64,000 nt of DNA, taken from the NCBI GenBank assembly GCA_012295275.1, contig CM022665.1, positions 43,958,001-44,022,000 of the forward strand. Reading direction: 5' to 3'. The notes below the pieces were generated by a model that was not told the origin of the DNA, made no database searches, and saw only the letters and a list, made by a program, of their open reading frames with translations. This document shows, piece by piece, positions 28,440-43,093 of this stretch (position 1 is its first letter; each line of letters opens with the position of its first letter). The translations under genes and the position numbers were made by a program. This DNA comes from Chrysomallon squamiferum. Lineage: Eukaryota > Animalia > Mollusca.

Positions 28440-28700
28440 GGAAAGGTTGGACCAATAGGAAAAAGCGATTTTTAGCAATTGAGACGAGTGCAAGCGCGAG
28501 GAGCTGTGGGGGGGGGCTGGCCGAGGCCGGGGGGGAGTGAGTGTGAGGATATCAAGTATATTGATCTGGTTAGCGTGCAGATATTGTATTTATCATAACC
28601 GTTCTGTGTCTTTCTTTCTCGTTCCAGATACAACGTTAAAAAAAAAAAAAAGAGTGCGAGTACTTCGCTCATTCACTCACTCACTTACTCACTCACTTAC
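28440..28700 (+). promoter_or_regulatory. Candidate proximal promoter of the SERTAD gene
   Basis: CCAAT at 28452-28456, GC/G-run-rich segment at ~28490-28540, and repeated initiator-like TCATT/TCACT words at ~28669-28700, about 600 bp upstream of the ATG. No good splice acceptor immediately before the ATG. The TSS cannot be determined from sequence. Confidence 0.45.
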
Positions 28701-29287
28701 TGTGGTGTTTTCTTGTTGTTCCTGCCATTGCTAAACGGAACACTTGGTGTGTTGTGACATAAAAAAAAAAAAAAAAAAGGAGCACGGATTCGGATCATTA
28801 ACTGCTGTTAGATGTGAGTGAGTCGACTTACTGACAAAGGAATGTTTGGAAATGTTTGTTTCTCTTGTCGATTGGACAACCGGTGTTGTTAGGACTTGTG
28901 TGTTTAATTCGAAGAAATATAACTTGTGACGACAAAAAATATATAAAATAAAAGAGGATATAATAATAATAATAATAATAAAAAAATTTGCTGATGATTT
29001 TATGGAGCTCAGTGTTTTTAAAAAAATAAATAATAAATAAGAGGAGTCATAAAAAAAAAAAAAAATAAACTTTGTGACCTTTGTGACCTGAAAAAAAAAA
29101 AATTCGTGAAGCAGTGATAATGTCGTCTGCAAATGAGGAATTACAAAATTGCTGAAGACATACTTTTTTATTATTATTATTATTTTATTCTTTCTGTGTG
29201 ACTTAATCTTGTGATCTGACACATTAAAAAAAAAAAAAAAAAAAAAAAAAAACGCGGATAGTGTTACCGTTTGTGCAAACAAGAGAA

Positions 29288-29480
29288 ATGACGGTTGTTC
29301 TGTCAATGAATGCCGTGTTCAACAACCACCAACGACTTCGTGGCGACGAAGGCATGCCGTCGAGGGATGTACCGTCGTTTCCGTTGGTGTCGCCGTCGCG
29401 CCGGACGGCCGACGCCCCAGCGCCTCTCCCCCCGGGCTTCAACCAAGACGACACGCCCTGTAAAGCGGTGGAATATTCAG
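29288..29480 (+). CDS. SERTAD4: Coding exon 1 of a SERTA domain-containing protein (SERTAD4-like): MTVVLSMNAVFNNHQ...KAVEYS, 64 codons + 1 nt
   Basis: GC-rich island in AT-rich DNA. ATG at 29288 (gaaATGa). The open frame ends at donor CAG|GTTAGT (intron starts 29481) in phase 1, matching the phase-1 acceptor at 43705/43706 (G+AT = Asp). MTVVLSMN resembles the vertebrate SERTAD4 start MTLVLSMN as I recall it. Confidence 0.85.
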
Positions 29481-29597
29481 GTTAGTATATATTTTTTTTG
29501 TTGTTGACAGTTTATTTTGTGAATATTTTTTCATGGCTTCTTTAAATTGTGTTTAGACTTTGTGATTAGAGTTTGTTGTGTTAGGGGATGGGTATTT

Positions 29598-29651
<54 letters not shown>

Positions 29652-29754
29652 CCTGTAAGTAAGAACTGGTAAACATGTTTACAAGACTGTGTCTGAGTGA
29701 CTGTTACGTCACCACAGAGGTGTTCATTACAGTCTGGTGTTTTGGCTTGTTTTT

Positions 29755-30030
29755 TTGTTTATGTTTTTGTGGTATTTTCTTATAAATTCTGTTTGTTTGT
29801 GTTTTTGTGATGTTTTCTTATAATTTTTTTTTTTTTTTTTATATATATTTTAAGATATTATCTTATAAATTTTTTTGTTTATGTTTTTGTGATGTTTTCT
29901 TACATTCTTTTTTAGTTATATTAATGTGATATTATCTTGTACATTTTTTTTTTAATGTTTATATTTGTGATATTTTCTTGAACATTTTTTTTTTTTAATG
30001 TTTATATTTTTGTGATAATTTCTTTTTTTA
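29755..30030. repeat. Degenerate ~40 bp T-rich minisatellite (TGTTTATGTTTTTGTGATRTTTTCTTATAAATTTT), about 7 copies
   Basis: Recurrent GTGAT(A/G)TT(T/A)TCTT anchor in the 5' part of the intron. Confidence 0.75.
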
Positions 30031-30698
30031 AAACTCTTTTTGTTTTGCATTATTTTATTTTCAAGTATTTTTTTTGGTTTTTGTTTTGTTTATAAGCTTT
30101 CTTACAATTATTTAGCTTTTAATTTTTCCTTTTTTTTTTTTTTTTTTATTCGTGTTATGAACACACTAGATAAACCTTCGTAATAACAGTCGACAACTCT
30201 CATTTCAGTTTCAGTCGTTATGCATTTTATTTAAAAATAAGTTACAACATGACTCTTGTTTATTGCAACTTTTTATATTATCTCAAAAACAAAATAATTA
30301 AATATGACATCTGAATAAAAGCTAAGTGCGTAATGTCTGCTTTTAAATTTTTTTTTTGCTCCTTTCCATATCAAATATCTGTATTTTATTGCCATGACAA
30401 CCATGATAATGTTGATGAGCATGATGTGCTTAATGAGAAAGGGTGGAATTCGATACGGCTGGCACGGGGAGAGGGTGTGGTTAGGGTTGGGGGGGGAAAG
30501 GGTCATAAAAGAGGGAAGTGATTAGGGGTAGTAGAATATTTGGTGAGAAAAAAAATATATTTTAAAATATAATGGTCTTTTAATTTAATTTAATTTATTT
30601 TTTATTATTATTTATTTATTTTATTTTATTTATTTATTATTATTTATTTATTTTATTTTACTTTATTTTTTGTGATATACATTTTAAAATAAAACTTC

Positions 30699-30729
<31 letters not shown>

Positions 30730-31063
30730 AAAAATTAAAAAAATTAAAAATAAATAAATCATTCGGTCCACCAAAGAGATTTGAACCACTGAACTGTAAA
30801 ACAAACTACAGCCTGCGCCTTTCACGCGCACTAAATCGCCGAATCCTTGCAGCTAAGTACGATTAAAACCCGCGCTGCTGTACTCCTGATCGTTCAGGCT
30901 CCTAAGTCCGCCTCGCTACAAGCAAACACTTAATCAATACGACTGTTATACCCGAACACTGAAACCATATCTCCAGTTACGTAACACCAAGGGATATATA
31001 TATATATATATAAGTATAATGTTTTGTTTTGCATTAGAGACCAAACCAATAACACTTAGAGAT

Positions 31064-31493
31064 GGGCGGGCGGTTCCAGGATTTATTCTAAACTGAGGGG
31101 GTTGATGGTTGTTGGTCAGATGATCCCCCCCCCCCACATCACTAAGAGTTGCTTTAGAATTTGAAAATATGTTAACGTCTAGGAACTTGACTGATATGGT
31201 ATTTTTGTGATACTGCTTATCTTCATGTGTTATATATAAATATATATATACATATATATATATATATAATATACATTTTAAAATATTAAAAAGAAGAAAG
31301 AAAATCAACTGAAAATAAGCTTCTTTATATGTGTACCAGCAAAAATTCGAAAAATGAATTTTTTAAAAACCAATCTTGTCGTCTTGAAAAAAAAATTGGG
31401 GGACAAGTTTTAAGACTACTGTCGTAGAAAAACCCCACCCCGACCCCCCCTCTCTCCCCCCACCCCCTACCCCACCACCGGGAACCGCTCCTG
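31064..31493. mobile_element. Candidate non-autonomous inverted-repeat element (MITE-like)
   Basis: GCGGTTCC (31070-31077) and its reverse complement GGAACCGC (31481-31488), with a G-run inside the left end and C-runs inside the right end. No clear TSD. Confidence 0.4.
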
Positions 31494-31903
31494 TCGAAAC
31501 AGCGGGTGATTGTTTTAAAGTACGCCGCTGCCTTAGCGGATGTGGGATGTTGTACATGACGGAGATTCCAGCGAGGAGAGCCGAGCGCAGAGTTTAAACG
31601 TAAACACGCCAGTCTCCGCTGATTTCTTTACAGTGCAGCGAAAATACACAGAGCTGTCTTTTTTACAGAGAGTGTATCAGACGTACAACAAGCACAGACA
31701 CACACACACACACACAAGCAGCTCTGTATATAATGAGTGCGTGTGTCTGTACACATTGTTTTAAATACGTACGTACGTGCATTCGTGCATACGTACATAC
31801 ATACATACATACATACATACATACATACATACATACATACATACATACATACAGATATACATACATACAAATAATACATACATACAATACATACATACAT
31901 ACA

Positions 31904-31937
<34 letters not shown>

Positions 31938-32501
31938 CATACATACATATATACATACAAACATACGTTCATTCATGGAGATATACATAAATATATATTT
32001 TGTATATACACATACATACATACATACATGAATATATATTTTATATATATATATATACACACACACGATTAACACAAAAAATACAAAACACCATATATAC
32101 CTACATACATATACATATGTTCTAACCTGTCACATCAGTGTAATATATATATATATAGATATTTCACGGGTTACCGTGTACACGCTACGCAGGCCTATTT
32201 AACACAAGGAAGTGCGCGCCGTCCTGTCTAACTACCGCTGTGATTCTCTCTGTCAGTGTTTTTATTATTTCCCTCACCCACCGTGCAAGTCGGCGATCGT
32301 AGGTTAGGCGTACACCAAAGAAAAACAGTCGTATACAGCAGTAGCGTGTACTTTACGCAAAGCGTAACATTTACGTCTCGTTTTCTGTTGAAAAAGGTAG
32401 CTTCTAACGTTACTTCTTTGAGCTTTCGAGATTTATGGCTATTTATATAGCACGCAAAAGCGAGAGCGTGCACACACGCGCGAGAGAGAACATGCACACA
32501 T

Positions 32502-32579
<78 letters not shown>

Positions 32580-32784
32580 GAAACAAATTAAACGAACATA
32601 GATTCATACGGCTGTTAGGTTAGGTTAATATTGTTACTTATTTACATAATTTATGGTAATGTATGGAAGGACATTCTAAAAATGCAGCATATTCTGTTAT
32701 TGTTAACATAATTATGTCGTCTGACGTTTTTATATACCAGGGGTTTATACAATCACTCGTATATAAATTATATTATATAAATAA

Positions 32785-32820
<36 letters not shown>

Positions 32821-33242
32821 ATCATCTGATTTCCAATAGGTGTAAAATTTAACATGTTAACTAGAGTGAATTGATTGACAACAGTTACCAGTCATGTAAG
32901 ATGGTATCTGTGACACCTTCACAAAATTATATTTGCACCGTTTTATTTTATTTATTTTTTATTATTATTATTTATTTTTTTGTTTGTTTGTTTAATGGGA
33001 ATGTTTGATTAATACGGACACGTGCTTGACTTGTTTAAAAATACTGATAACGGATAATAATCACTGTACCACTTACATTCCGACAAATCAGTTAACAGAC
33101 GCAAAAACACAAATAGGAAGTAGTTAATTATTTCGAATATTTTGTCCGATGACTTCATAGTGTCATGTGCAGTGGATTTGTTTGATTTTCTTTGCTTTAT
33201 AATGTTTTTAAAAAAACAACTATTATTATTAATAATAGTAGA

Positions 33243-33325
<83 letters not shown>

Positions 33326-35809
33326 CAGCAGTAGCAGTAGTAGTAGTAGTAGTAGTAGTTGTTGTTGTTGTTGTGGTAGTATAAATATTCGGGATATCCC
33401 ATCTCCATTTCTTTAACACATTTAACAAGTGTATCCTTTTCAGTTCTACCTATTTGAATATCTTGTATAGATCTAAAAAATGAGAACTGATAATAAATAG
33501 TGCAAACGTTTTCAACAGGTCAGCAGAATGAAATACTTAATACTTGCTAAACTCGAAGGTTCAAGCACGACTCGCTCTGGACGTAAGTACTCGCAGAAGT
33601 TACGCACCCCGGCGCGGATGTGCCGTAGACAGGTTCGTAACAACACCCACCATTCGCGTGGGTGAGGGGCGGACACTTGCAGATCGCTCGCGTGAATCGC
33701 GCCGTGTGACCGCGGCTTTACCGGTTCACTCGTCTCACAACGAAGTGAACAAAAACCATTGTCTAACGGTTTTATCACTCGGAACAATCCGGCCGGCCGT
33801 CGCACATTGTGTGTCGGCCTGACATACTGACACAAACAAACAACACATTCGAAAAAAAAAGAGCTGGTCTAGGACTCGGGCTTATCTCTCAGGCGACCCT
33901 GACCCCACCAGAGGTCGCTGCTTCGTGACTTGGCACCTGCTAGCCGTGCAGTCCCGTTCACTGTTTTATTTTTTTTATTTTTATTATTATTTGTTTTGTT
34001 GTTGTTGTTGTTAAATGTTGTTATCTCTATTGTTGTCACCCTTGAGAGTCATTAAGAAAATTATTTATCTGTAATTTGTAAACTCAGAATCTGTTACGTT
34101 CTGTCAGTGTTAACGGAGATGTTGTCGGGTCCTTGATTGCTTTATCAAAAAGCAGGAGTGCGAGGGTTTTTTTCCTTGTTTAGGGGGAAGGGGTTATGTA
34201 TATATGTGTGTGTGTGTGTGTGTTATATATATATATCGTTTCTGATCGGTATATGTAATCCAGTAGCAAACGGTTTTCCTGTATTAAATCGACAGCTGAT
34301 GACGTCCAGATGTCTGATCCATTAATAACCGTTAATGCAAAAACGTGCAGAGGTCGTTAAACAAATATTTACCCGCTCGCGTTATATGTTTAAGTAGACA
34401 TGTTTTTCGCTTATCTGTTATTAACGAATATTTTGCGTCAGAAATATGAAATAACCGTGTATTTATTTATTTATTTATTTATTTATTTGTTTGTTTGTTT
34501 GTTTGTTTGTTTGTTAATTTATTTTTGTGAGCTGTTCATCCTTTGATAAAAAAAACCCTCTGCTTTCTGTCAGTGAATGTATCATTATATTTGTGGATAT
34601 CACGTACATAGTTGATAAGGGGCTATCTGTCATGTCTTTCTTAATAAACTGCCATAATAATGTGTTGATAAACACCGTCATGTATTTCGGAATAAACTGT
34701 CATAACTACGCGTTGATAGAACTGTCATATTTTTTTATTTTTTGTTGTATGTCGGGTTTGACGTACTCCAGGTAAAGCAAACGTTTTCTTGCTAACGTAC
34801 ACCCAACCGACAGCTGTCTCAGATACACAGTCAGTTAATTTTTGTTCCTGTCCCTTGTTCCGCTCGCTTGATTACAACTAAACAGATACGGTTAGGCCTG
34901 GCTACGGTTACAGGTATTCAGCATAATTGGGTTTGTTAGCTTAACCACGTGCTGGCTAATTGAATTTTCAAATCAGGACCCCTGTGCAGCCGCGCGCTAA
35001 AACGAAAAAAAAAAAAAACTAACGAATAAGCTAGCTAGCCAAAAGTGACTTTGGCAATTTCTCTCGTCTTTGAGCAGCACACAACTCTCTTTGACGTGCG
35101 AAAGCCTCATAAAGGCACCCTTGACCAGTTACACTCCTAAAATAAAAAAAACCCCAAAACCAGTGCACATTAGCAACAGTCGCCTTGTATGGGACTGAAC
35201 TGTTACAGCGTAGGCAGATGTCTTGCACAGGACAAGCGTGCGCGAACCGTTATCTGATGGAAAGCAGAGTTTTTAAAATTCCTCACATCTTTGATTATTT
35301 TCATTTTTTTTTTCTTTCTTTCTTTCTGTTTTGGCCCGAATGTCTGCGCGTGTTCCAGTTCCAGACGAATATTGTTAATACGTTCTGGCTAATGCATATT
35401 CATGAACACTGTGATGGATGCGTTCAAATGCCTCATAAATATATGATGTTTCTGTCAGTTCGTCTGACTGTATGAGAATGTAAACACTGACACTTAAAAT
35501 CCGCGTAGCAGCAGTCATCACACAAGCGAAAACCACGTGCAGACATAGTTACATACAACACACATACTGTAAGAACGAAATACAAAATAAAATTATACAA
35601 TACTTTATATAAGGCTGTACGACCCTATTTAGCCATTCGTTCCTTCTTTGTCTTTTCTTTCAATTTTATTAGACCACGGAGAAATTAACATGACATCATT
35701 TTTGGCAGCGACGCCAAATTCAGTCTAACAAGAGGCCCTAATTGGGTTAAGCGCTTTTCCTTCTGCCAGAAACCGTGAATAAAATAAAATAGAGAGTGAC
35801 AAACGAAAG

Positions 35810-35841
<32 letters not shown>

Positions 35842-36909
35842 CTTTCAAAGTCCTTTGTTTAACTAGAATCTAAAGGATTCAAGTCACATGGTATAGTTTT
35901 TGAGGAAAGCAGGCCGCTCTGTTCACAGGACGGTTTGCAAAATCGTTGTCTTTGTGGCATTAAGTTGAGCATATGTCAAGGGAAAGGAGCACCTGTCAAA
36001 CGGCTGTGTGTAAAATACTGCTAAGTGGAATTTATTTATTCGTGTGTTTTAAAAACACTGTTTCGCTGTTTAGTCGTTTGATGAGTGGTATGAAATCACT
36101 GGGAATAAGTAAAGGTTATTTAAATTTAAAAAAAAAAGAGAGAAAAGAGGGGACAATAAAAGAATAAATATTATTATTGTTTTGATTTTATTTTAATTTT
36201 ATTTTTTTAATTTTATATTTTAATTTTATTTTATATTTTTATTTTATTTTATATTATTATTTTTTCTAAAAAAAAATTTTAATTTTTTATTTTTTTTTTG
36301 TATTTTATTCAGATTTCCTTTTTTCTTCTTTAATGGCTTATGAGTACATTTTAATCTAGAAGGTTATCAAGTATCAAAACATAGATTCTTTTTTTTTTTT
36401 TTTTTTTAGATAATTATATGAAAAAAAAGAAATAACTCCCTTTTTTATTGTACATACGCACAGAGTACATACACAATCACACCGTCATCAATATCTCATA
36501 AAAATACAGATATTTTTAGAAGACGTATCATATGCACATCACTGCTTATTATCAGCGTCATGGAATAATACACCCATGCGTACCATTTGATCTCGCAATT
36601 ACACCCACTTACACACTTACGTGTGATGTGCAGCCACACACAAACACAAAACAATATTCCACCCTCATCCAGCGCACTTCCACCGTCTTGATAATTCTCC
36701 CTCCTACATTCCTCTTCATCAAAGGAAATAAAAAAAATTGTTCTCACTGCTCAATCACTCGACCATGTGAAACGTAATTACATCCAACCAAAGATTCATG
36801 CACATGTGTCGCGCGCGCTCTCTATGGGCTGGGTTATCTCTGAATGGTTTTTGAAAGATTACCAGAGAGAGGTTTGAGGGGGGGGAGGGATCGGTAGAGA
36901 GAGGGGAAG

Positions 36910-37089
36910 TGAGAGAGAGCGAGAGAGAGAGAATTGAGATATATACAGATAGAGAAAAAGAGAGAAATAGAGAAAGAGATTTTGAAAAGGTATAAAGAAA
37001 AGGTTGTGTATGTGTGTGAGAAAGAGAGAATTGAGATATATACAGATAGAGAAAAAGAGAGAGATTTTGAAAAGGTATAAAGAAAAGGT

Positions 37090-37100
<11 letters not shown>
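36910..37100. repeat. Tandem duplication of a ~95 bp purine-rich unit
   Basis: AGAGAGAATTGAGATATATACAGATAGAGAAAAAGAGAGA...GATTTTGAAAAGGTATAAAGAAAAGGTTGTGT occurs twice. Confidence 0.85.
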
Positions 37101-37185
<85 letters not shown>

Positions 37186-38916
37186 CATAAAAGTCGCACC
37201 ATCAATTAACAATTAGCTGTCTTGTCTGGGAAGAACGAACATCCCGTCCTCCGGCTGGAAGCGATCCCGGTAACTACGACGAGTCTTTATTATGTCTTCT
37301 GTCTCAAACTCGGCCCGAGTCTCTTCTGTCGTGTTTAATAATAAATAATAACGCTCTGAACGAGTCGACTTGACGCTGACTGGGCATGAGGCACTTGCTC
37401 CGCAGCGACTAATGGTGATTTGTCGGGGTTGGTTGTTTGCCGTCAGTCGAGGGCGATCAATAAGCCCCCGTGTGTGTGTGTGTGTGCGAGAGAGAGAACT
37501 GGATACGTCTATTGACTGAAATGTGCACACTGGATTAGCGCTTTTTGACGGCGATTGAGTGATTCGCCGCCAATCTACTCGAAAAGAATTCGACGTGTTT
37601 CTGTTGGCAGGAACAGTCATCGTCGTCGTCGTCGTCGTCTGCTGAAGCCGAGTAACAACAAACGATTTTGAGCTTTAAGAGATAAAAACGACATTCCCAG
37701 TTAGTTCAGTAATATGTTGTATGTTGTTATATATATGTGTGCGTGTGTGTGTGTGCACACATACTTGTCTGTATATCTCTGTAAGGTATCTATTTACCTA
37801 CCTGCATTAATCTAGCTATTCATGTCTGTTTGTCTGTCTATCCATCTATCTATATCTGTCTGTCTATCTATATCTTTATCTTTCTACCTATCTGTCTGTC
37901 TGTCTCTCTCCATCGGTCTGTCACTCTATTTATACATACAGACATACACGTGATCATATGCATGTTTGTTTGCATATAAACACATCTTTCTTAAAACCCG
38001 AAGACTGCAAAAAAAAAAACCCCCAAAAAACAAAAAAATCATGACAGTCTTCAATAACACCTCGACACATTTTTAATATTCAGGTTTGGTTTTGTATAAC
38101 GATATTTTAATAATACCCTCGAAGAAGAAACTCCAAACTTACAGCCCTTCTGAAACAGAAAACCGTACCAGCCAAATGGAAATGATCGTAATATGTATGT
38201 CTCCAGTGACACTGTGTGGTAATTATAGCACTGCTTGCGTGTAATATATCTGATAGGTAATAACCTTGAGCAGGGAAATATGTAAACAATCATACGTTTG
38301 TTTCTTAACACTGCAGTACCGGCTGGCGTTTGTACTGATAACAGACAACATGGCTGAAAGCAGAGACGAGTTTGCATTCTGTTATGCCATTCAAAAAAAA
38401 GTGTTCATTGTTTAAATATAATATTAGTAGTAGTAATAATAGACGTAGTCGTGGTGGTAGTTGTAGTGGTGGTAGTGGTAGTTGTGGTAGTAGTAGAAGT
38501 GGTAGTGGTGGTAGTTGTGGTAGTAGTAGTAATAGTGGTGGTGGTAGTAGTCGTAGTAGTAGTTGCAGTGGTTGTAGTAATAGTAGAAGTAGTAGTAGTA
38601 GTAATAGTAATGACAACAACAGCAACACAAAAATTATTGATATGTTCCATTTTTTGACTGATAAAGTATTTGTAACTGTAATTATGTACAAAGGATAATC
38701 GGCAGTTTCACTATAACGTTATTAAATAAAGTTAATTGTTATTTTTATCCCGAAAAATCTGCAGCAGCTTGAAAACTACTGCTAGAGTGATTCCTTTGTC
38801 ATTGGACGTGTCGATGAATCTCCATTCATTCTTTCATTCATTCATTCATTCATTCATTCATTCATTCATTCATTCTGTTTCTCATTTTCCTTCATCTACT
38901 TCATTTGTAAACTTGG

Positions 38917-38986
<70 letters not shown>

Positions 38987-40352
38987 GAGGGAGGTGTCGA
39001 GGAAGCAGGCTGAATCAGGTTTACTGTTAACAAACGGCAGGCTTTGAGATGTTACACAACAAGGTGTTGATGTTTTGTAATCAGACGTACCGCGTGTGTG
39101 TGTGTGTGTGTTTGCAGTTTACACACCGCAGTTCAGGTAAACGCTTTTGTCTCAGTGGGGCGCACACCTGTTGATCTCCCTGTCGGCAGATGTGTGGCCC
39201 TTGCCCACGGCACTGGTCTCAGTTTCACACGCTTTCTGGGTGTAAATTAACTCCCCATGCGACACCGGGAGGGAGGGGTAGGGGGGTCCATAACGACATT
39301 CTCAAGAACTTGGATCATTTCAGTTATTTCGTGTTTTTTTTTTTTTGTGTGTGATTCTTGCTTTCATTTCTAATTTTCTTCTTCTTCCCTCGAATAGTTA
39401 TGAAAGTAAGCAAACATATGTTTAAACAAATATAAAGACAAAGTAACTTTTAAACACGACTAAAAACAACAAACACGTTATTTCATTATTTACGCAACTT
39501 AATCTCTAGCAGTGATAACAATAGTTTAACGACACTTAAAAAACGCTGATTATAATATCCATACTTATTACACGTAAAAATGACGTTTAATGATAATTCT
39601 CTGAGAGAGACGAGACTCGCTTTGATAATACAGCCGGCGGTAATAATGACCACTGAAGACGGTCTCAATTCTGTGTTAATTAATTAACCGCACGCACTCC
39701 AGTTTGGGCTGAAAAACGAATTAAAATTGTCGCCGTTTGTAGCACTGGCATCAATTACTGTGAATGAAACTGCCCGCAAAGGCTTTGGCGATCGATAAAA
39801 TAAATCCATTAATTAACGGCGTTAATTGCGAAATAAGTACAGTTGTCGTCTGAGAGAAAGTAACAAGCAAAGCAAAAAAAAAAAGAAAAAAAAAAAAAGC
39901 GCGCGAATCGGTTAAAAGTGCAAAGTGGCGGAGTATTGGTTGACGTAAAAGTGTTGTTACATGATCTGTGTTCGAGGGCGTTTTAATTTTTTTTTTTTTT
40001 TTTTTTCAATAATTTTTATTTAGTTATTTATTGTTAAATCATTTATTTATTATTCTTTCTTTCTTTCTTTTTCTTTTAATTTTTTTTTTATTAATTTATT
40101 TTATTTTATTTTTTATTTATTTATTTTTTTTTATATTTATTTATTTATTTACTTTTTTTATTATTATTTTAATTTTATTTTATATTTACATTATTATTTA
40201 TTTATTTATATATTTATTTATGATTTATAGTTGTATTTTGTTTATTATTTTGTATTTATCTGTGATACATTTATTGGATAAAGATATCGACATGCATATG
40301 AAAGGAATACTTAAATCTATTTAACAAATACATGATGAACTTTTTATTTTTA

Positions 40353-40418
<66 letters not shown>

Positions 40419-40680
40419 TTACTTCACATCGAAAAATTACGGCGGTACTAAATAATAAACAATAAATAAACGTTTTACGATAAAGCAAATACACTTACAG
40501 TACGAAATCACGTCATCTAATCAATCGAAAAATACCAATTTGACGTCTGCTTCTCTGCAGCCATATTTCTTCCGGTCTTATCGGGTCTTAAACTTCACTT
40601 GACACTGACGTCTGAAATCAGTGTTCTTTTTAACCCTCCTCTTCACCTCCCCCTCCTCCTACTCCTCCATTTTCTGCTTT

Positions 40681-40720
<40 letters not shown>

Positions 40721-41220
40721 TCATTTTCATCTTTTTTTCTTTTCCTTTCTCTTCTTCAGCTAATGACAGCGTCAATAACAGATTGATTGTGGGGGGTTTT
40801 TTGCATCTTGAATTTTTATCTGCCCCCCCTCGCGCTTCTCTTGATGATTCAGAAAAGTGGGGGTTAAGATGACACTGTTCGCCTCGGATTTAAAATAAAT
40901 TACAATATGGAGAATGAAATTAAACAGCTTGTTGAAAGTGATTTTAAATTTAGACACATAACAGCAGAAAGAGGAGATGAGAGGGGGAAAAACGACAACG
41001 AAAACAAACAAAAAAATAAAACCCAGCAACAACAACAACAGAAAAACAGCATATATAAATGTGTCCGTAATTGTTTAATTTAATTTAATTTAATATTATT
41101 TTTTCTGTGTTTTATTTTTTTTTTTTTTTTTTTTTTTTTTTTGTTGTTGTTAATGTTTCTGTTATTGTTGTTGTTATCGTTATTATTGTTATTATTTTCC
41201 AACAGATACCTCCAACACTC

Positions 41221-41294
<74 letters not shown>

Positions 41295-41427
41295 GTAACG
41301 GTATTCAAATTAATATTTTCTCCGATCTTACAATAAAAAAATTAAATATAATAAAATAAAATAAAACAATAAATAAATAAACAAAAAAAATAGGAAGGGG
41401 AAGAAAAGAAAAAAAAGAAACAAAAAT

Positions 41428-41467
<40 letters not shown>

Positions 41468-42050
41468 TTTTTATTTATACAGTTCGTTTTGAAACGCTGC
41501 AGATCAAGGCTGCTGCCATTTTAACAGAACGCAGACGTTTCGTCCACGTTTCCTTCGCAGCACGTGGGCGTCCACGCACTTCCGCTTTTGCTATTTTCGC
41601 AATTAGCTGAATAAAGACCACTCGCAGTTGTAAACAAATTCACAAAAGAGTTTTACGACGGGTAAATGTGGGTGTTTTCAGCTCATTAACAATGCGCTTT
41701 TTCTTCATATTTCATCTCTCTTTAAGTCTCTTTAATGTTAAACAGCTGATCGTAAATTTATTGTTAGCTGCGAAGATAAGATTAAGATAATAAATAAATA
41801 AATAAATAAATAAGTGAACAAGCAAACCAAAAAAATGTATGGTTTAGAATCCAATTATTATTACTTTAATTTATGCCCGATTTAGAAAAAACAACAAAAA
41901 CAAGAAAAAAAAAACAACATCTTCTTAGATTAATTTGGCGTATTTATACAAAACACGCTTGTTATTGAGATCATAATCAGATGATATCATTGAGATGATA
42001 TTATAATCATTTATTGATAGCTGCTAATAATATTTACAAAGACTGTGTGT

Positions 42051-42174
<124 letters not shown>

Positions 42175-42381
42175 AAATACCTTACGAAATATGCACAAGA
42201 TGAACCTTAAATAAACAAAGCATCAACATTATCTATCCGTCTCTGTCGAATTTTTTATTTTATTTTTATCTAAGAATTTAACACAAAAAAACCACGACCT
42301 AACATAAACACTTGCTTATCTTTATCTCGTTGTGAGCAAACACTGCGAATAAATCCCTTGCACCATTTGCCGACATGATAA

Positions 42382-42412
<31 letters not shown>

Positions 42413-42667
42413 TTGTTGTTGTTGTTGTTGTGTGTGTGGTAGATTGACGAGATCTTGCACGACAGCAAGTGAGTTTTGTGTTTAACTCGGTCGTCAACAG
42501 GCCGGCACGGAAAGGCTGATCAATAACTTGCCTGACAGTATCATTTGTTTAACAGGCTTCTGTTAGCCATCAAGCACGTGTTAACCGTGTGAGTGACATG
42601 TGCTTTTGAAGACGAAATTAAATTAAACAAATGTATGTATGTACGTAGTATGTATGTATGTTTATAT

Positions 42668-42705
<38 letters not shown>

Positions 42706-43062
42706 TTATATATGTGTGTGTGTGTGGGGGTGTGTATGAATTTATGTATATATGTATACAGACGCACGCACGCCCTCACACACATAGAATACACACACAT
42801 ATACACAAGTAAGTGTTCATGTACATTGTACAGTATTTATAATATAGGTTAAATGGAGATCATTTCTCGACATACCTTACCTTCCTGCCAGTATTTTAAA
42901 TAACCAATACACTTTTTACATTTGTTTAATATGTGAATAAAAGTGCTATTTATTTCAACACGTTAATCTGATGTCAAAAACATCATTTATTTTATTTTAT
43001 TTTATTTTATTTTATTTACATATTTTATTTTATTTTTTATTTTTTTATTATTATTATTTAAT

Positions 43063-43093
<31 letters not shown>

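Noticed and set aside
29261-29287. ORF-track N-terminal extension MLPFVQTRE
   Set aside because: GTG start; the SERTAD4-like N-terminus begins at the ATG at 29288.
33512-33835. GC-rich intronic ORFs (92 and 107 aa); similarly 37213-37620
   Set aside because: No GC3 bias, known motif or compatible splice sites; more likely enhancer islands.
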